This document shows, piece by piece, positions 59,722-64,000 of a stretch of DNA of 64,000 bases. Source of the DNA: the human T2T-CHM13v2.0 reference genome, Homo sapiens; NCBI RefSeq assembly GCF_009914755.1, contig NC_060944.1, one strand, 5' to 3'. The position numbers were made by a program, and so were the translations under genes. The notes below the pieces were generated by a model, which did no database searches, had not been told where the DNA came from, and worked only from the letters and a program-made list of their open reading frames with translations. Numbering within the stretch: position 1 is the first letter of the stretch; every line of letters starts with the position of its first letter.

Positions 59722-60112
59722 TGTGTTAGGCTGTTCCTGGGTTGCTATAAAGAAATACCTGAGACTGGGTAATTGATAAGGAAAGGTCGTTTAATTAGGT
59801 CGCGGTTCTGCTCTACGGGAAACATGGCGCTGGCATCTGCTCAGCCTCTGAGGAGGCCTCAGGGAGCTTTTACTCGTGGTGGAAGGCGAAGCGGGCGCAG
59901 GCGCCTCACATGGCGCGAGGAGGAGTGAGAGAGACGCCTTTAAAGAAGCAGATCTCATGGGCACTCATCCTTGCCCAGGACCAGGAGGACAGCACCAAGC
60001 CGTGAGGGATCCACTCCCATGGCTCAAACACCTCCCATCAGGCCTGCATCCAACACCGGGGATCACATCTCAACAGGAGGTTTGGTGGTGGGGACACATC
60101 CAGACCATGTCA
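59722..60112. mobile_element. MST-type MaLR solo LTR
   Basis: TG...CA ends; ttgctataaagaaatacctgagactgggtaatt and gaggcctcagggagcttttactc are typical of MST. Confidence 0.8.
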
Positions 60113-60568
60113 GTAGATAAAGCTAGAAACTGGACAAACCTGGGCTCAGTGTTCCGGGCAAAACTGCTTCAGCAGTGGCAGTGTCATCTCTCCCCGGGAG
60201 GCACCCAAGGCCGTCTCTCGGGGTTCAGTGCCTGGATGTGTGAATTCTCCAGTGTCGTCTAATGGTGATGGTCACGCACCTGTGTGCCTTGTTCATCCAT
60301 TTGCTGGGATGCTTCCATAAAGCGCAATTTCCTCACCTGTTACCTGGCGACAGTGGCACAGCAGTGTGTGTAGGGAAGGCAGGATGCTATCTCCTTGATT
60401 GCCAGTTTCAAAATAACTTGTGGGCTTACTGGCATCATCCACCATGACCAGTTAATCTCCTTTTTAGGATCTTAGGAACTCTGGACTTGAATGTATTCAC
60501 CGTGTTTCAGCCTTTTCCCATGTACTGGTGCTCAGATTGTCTCCTCTTTCTTGTGGGAGCTTCTGTAG

Positions 60569-61345
<777 letters not shown>

Positions 61346-62140
61346 GCACATTCCAACTCTACACCCCAGTCTTTCTGGGCAGGCAGCTTCCTTGCTACCA
61401 TGGCAAGAGGAGCCCAGTCCTGGATTCAGCCGCGTCTCCTCAGGAAGCCCTGGCTCCTCAGTGCTCTGAAGGGGGAAGCACATCGCTGCAGTTGTGAAGG
61501 GGACCTGAGTGAGTGACAGCAACTTCTCCCGTCTGCAAGGGCAAGCACACCCTGGCCGTGAGCAGGGCTGTCTGCGCCGGCCTTCAGGGGCTGCCGCAGT
61601 CTGGCTGGGAAGGAGGGAGGAACCGGGAGACACTGGAGAGTCTCTCAGGGGACGTGGTGGCTGTCCTGTTGTCTGGAGGGAAGCAGCTGCTGCTGCCCCG
61701 TGCGGCTGTGGCAGGGCTGCGGGATGAGCCGCTTGAGGGGTCACCCAGCACTGGGGGCCGTTCTCGCCCCGGCGCCCTCACCCTCAGAACTGTGCAGAGA
61801 GCTCTGGGCTGGTTTTTGTATTTTTGACACAAGTAAGGATGCTGATTTTGGCTTCCTTCTCTTGTCGTTCATCAAACGCTGCTTTTCCTGATGGGAGACA
61901 CTAATGTGCATGAGTTCTAGAATATTGAGCTAAGGTCGTTGTGAGAAAATGTAAGTTTACTTCAGTTTATCCTGGGAGTAGCTAACTTACATAGCAGCCT
62001 CAATTCTCTAGAATTGATGTTGGTTTCAGGTAGTTGTGAAATTTTAGACATAATTTTCCATTTACTTATACAGCCACTTGTTCCAGCCTCTGGTGAATGT
62101 TTGCAATGATTTTCAGCAAAACTTCCAGAGCCGTGTTTGA

Positions 62141-62980
<840 letters not shown>

Positions 62981-63156
62981 TAAATGCTCCCTCTCGTTTA
63001 CTTTTTGAAATTATGTTTGTGATGTGATAATTTATTTTACTAATTTGCTTACATGGAATTTAGATTGATTTTAGGATGGTGAATGGGTATTTTTAAAATG
63101 TTTTTAAACCGTGAAACTTCTGGAAGCTAAGTATGCCAAAATTTTTTTCCCTTTAG

Positions 63157-63284
63157 ATCTTCAGTGTCTATTGGATTTTTCCAAGAGAAAGTTTGTAAAA
63201 TTCCTTACACTGTAGATGTGGATCAGATACGATGATTCAGTAGAAGAGCACATGTCAGGGGCAGTGGAGGCTGGCTGCTGAAGG
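63157..63284 (+). other. OSBPL2: OSBPL2 exon 2, 5' UTR portion (contains uORFs)
   Basis: Acceptor tttttttccctttag ends at 63156, 128 nt before the main ATG. Confidence 0.85.
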
Positions 63285-63321
63285 ATGAACGGAGAGGAAG
63301 AATTCTTTGATGCCGTCACAG
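63285..63321 (+). CDS. OSBPL2: OSBPL2 (ORP2) first coding segment; the gene continues beyond the window
   Basis: aggATG start encoding MNGEEEFFDAVT(G), which contains the FFAT motif EFFDA. Donor CAG|GTGAGT at 63322. Confidence 0.92.
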
Positions 63322-64000
63322 GTGAGTCAAAAGAGAACCAACTAGGGACGTACTGGAAGGGTGAACGTCCCTGGATTCAGATGTTGGACCTGGCGTTTGG
63401 GGTGTAAAGATGCTCAGTAAAGCAGTGTGTGGGTGAGCGTTCACGATCCCAAACACGGACTGTTCAGCAAAACCTGACATCCATCTCAGAGGTGGGAAAA
63501 GCCTTGACTTTGGCTGACAGGGTTTAAGTCTCCCGAAGAGTTTCCTGGGGTGCGGATATTTTCATTTGTCTCCTGAGATAGCCATCTTCTTCCCCTATTT
63601 CTGCTTCATGATGAGAACGTTCTAGATATGATGACCCTGTCTTGCTTGGCACTGCTTGATGCATCCCATCAGACAGCAAACCCCTGGGTCTGCAGCTGCG
63701 CTCACAGCCGCAGAGTGCAGTTATTTTTTTCTTTCGCACGATGGTTTAAAGTGGCGGCATGCAGCCTGTGGTCTGAATGAAATCCTGTGGCCTAATTGAA
63801 AAGAATGTGTTTTGGCATCCAGTCACTCAAAAAAAGAAGAAAATGAAGACCGTGTTGCAGGGCTCATGGGCATGTGACGGGGCGGCTAGAGGAAAGGGCA
63901 GGCGGGGCTGGCAGCTTGGCCTTCCAGAGCCGCCCCTTCTCCTGGCACAGGGAAGAGCCTGAAACCCTTTGAGCTCGTGTCTTGTCAGGTCCTCATGTTC

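Overview
Human (primate, Alu-rich) genomic DNA, recognisable as the MTG2-HRH3-OSBPL2 interval of chromosome 20q13.33. It contains all six coding exons of MTG2/GTPBP5 (+ strand, mitochondrial Obg-family GTPase; the spliced CDS is 1221 nt = 406 aa), the complete histamine H3 receptor gene HRH3 (- strand, 445 aa, with alternative splice sites visible), and the 5' end of OSBPL2/ORP2 (+ strand: CpG-island promoter, non-coding exon 1, a 17.5 kb intron, and the first coding exon with its FFAT motif). The rest is about 29 Alus, MaLR LTR, MIR and L1 fragments, a G-rich VNTR with higher-order structure, a 1.7 kb CA-rich array and small tandem repeats. Most entries in the supplied ORF track are artefacts of Alus, repeats or GC-rich antisense frames. 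I see no new gene system. The best leads are regulatory: a GC-AG intron in MTG2 with a competing GT donor, a stop-free MTG2 intron 5 whose retention may escape NMD, in-frame uORFs that stop just before the start codons of both HRH3 and OSBPL2, a near-perfect REST site in the HRH3 promoter, and the two large repeat arrays flanking HRH3. Repeat boundaries and subfamilies were read by eye and are approximate.
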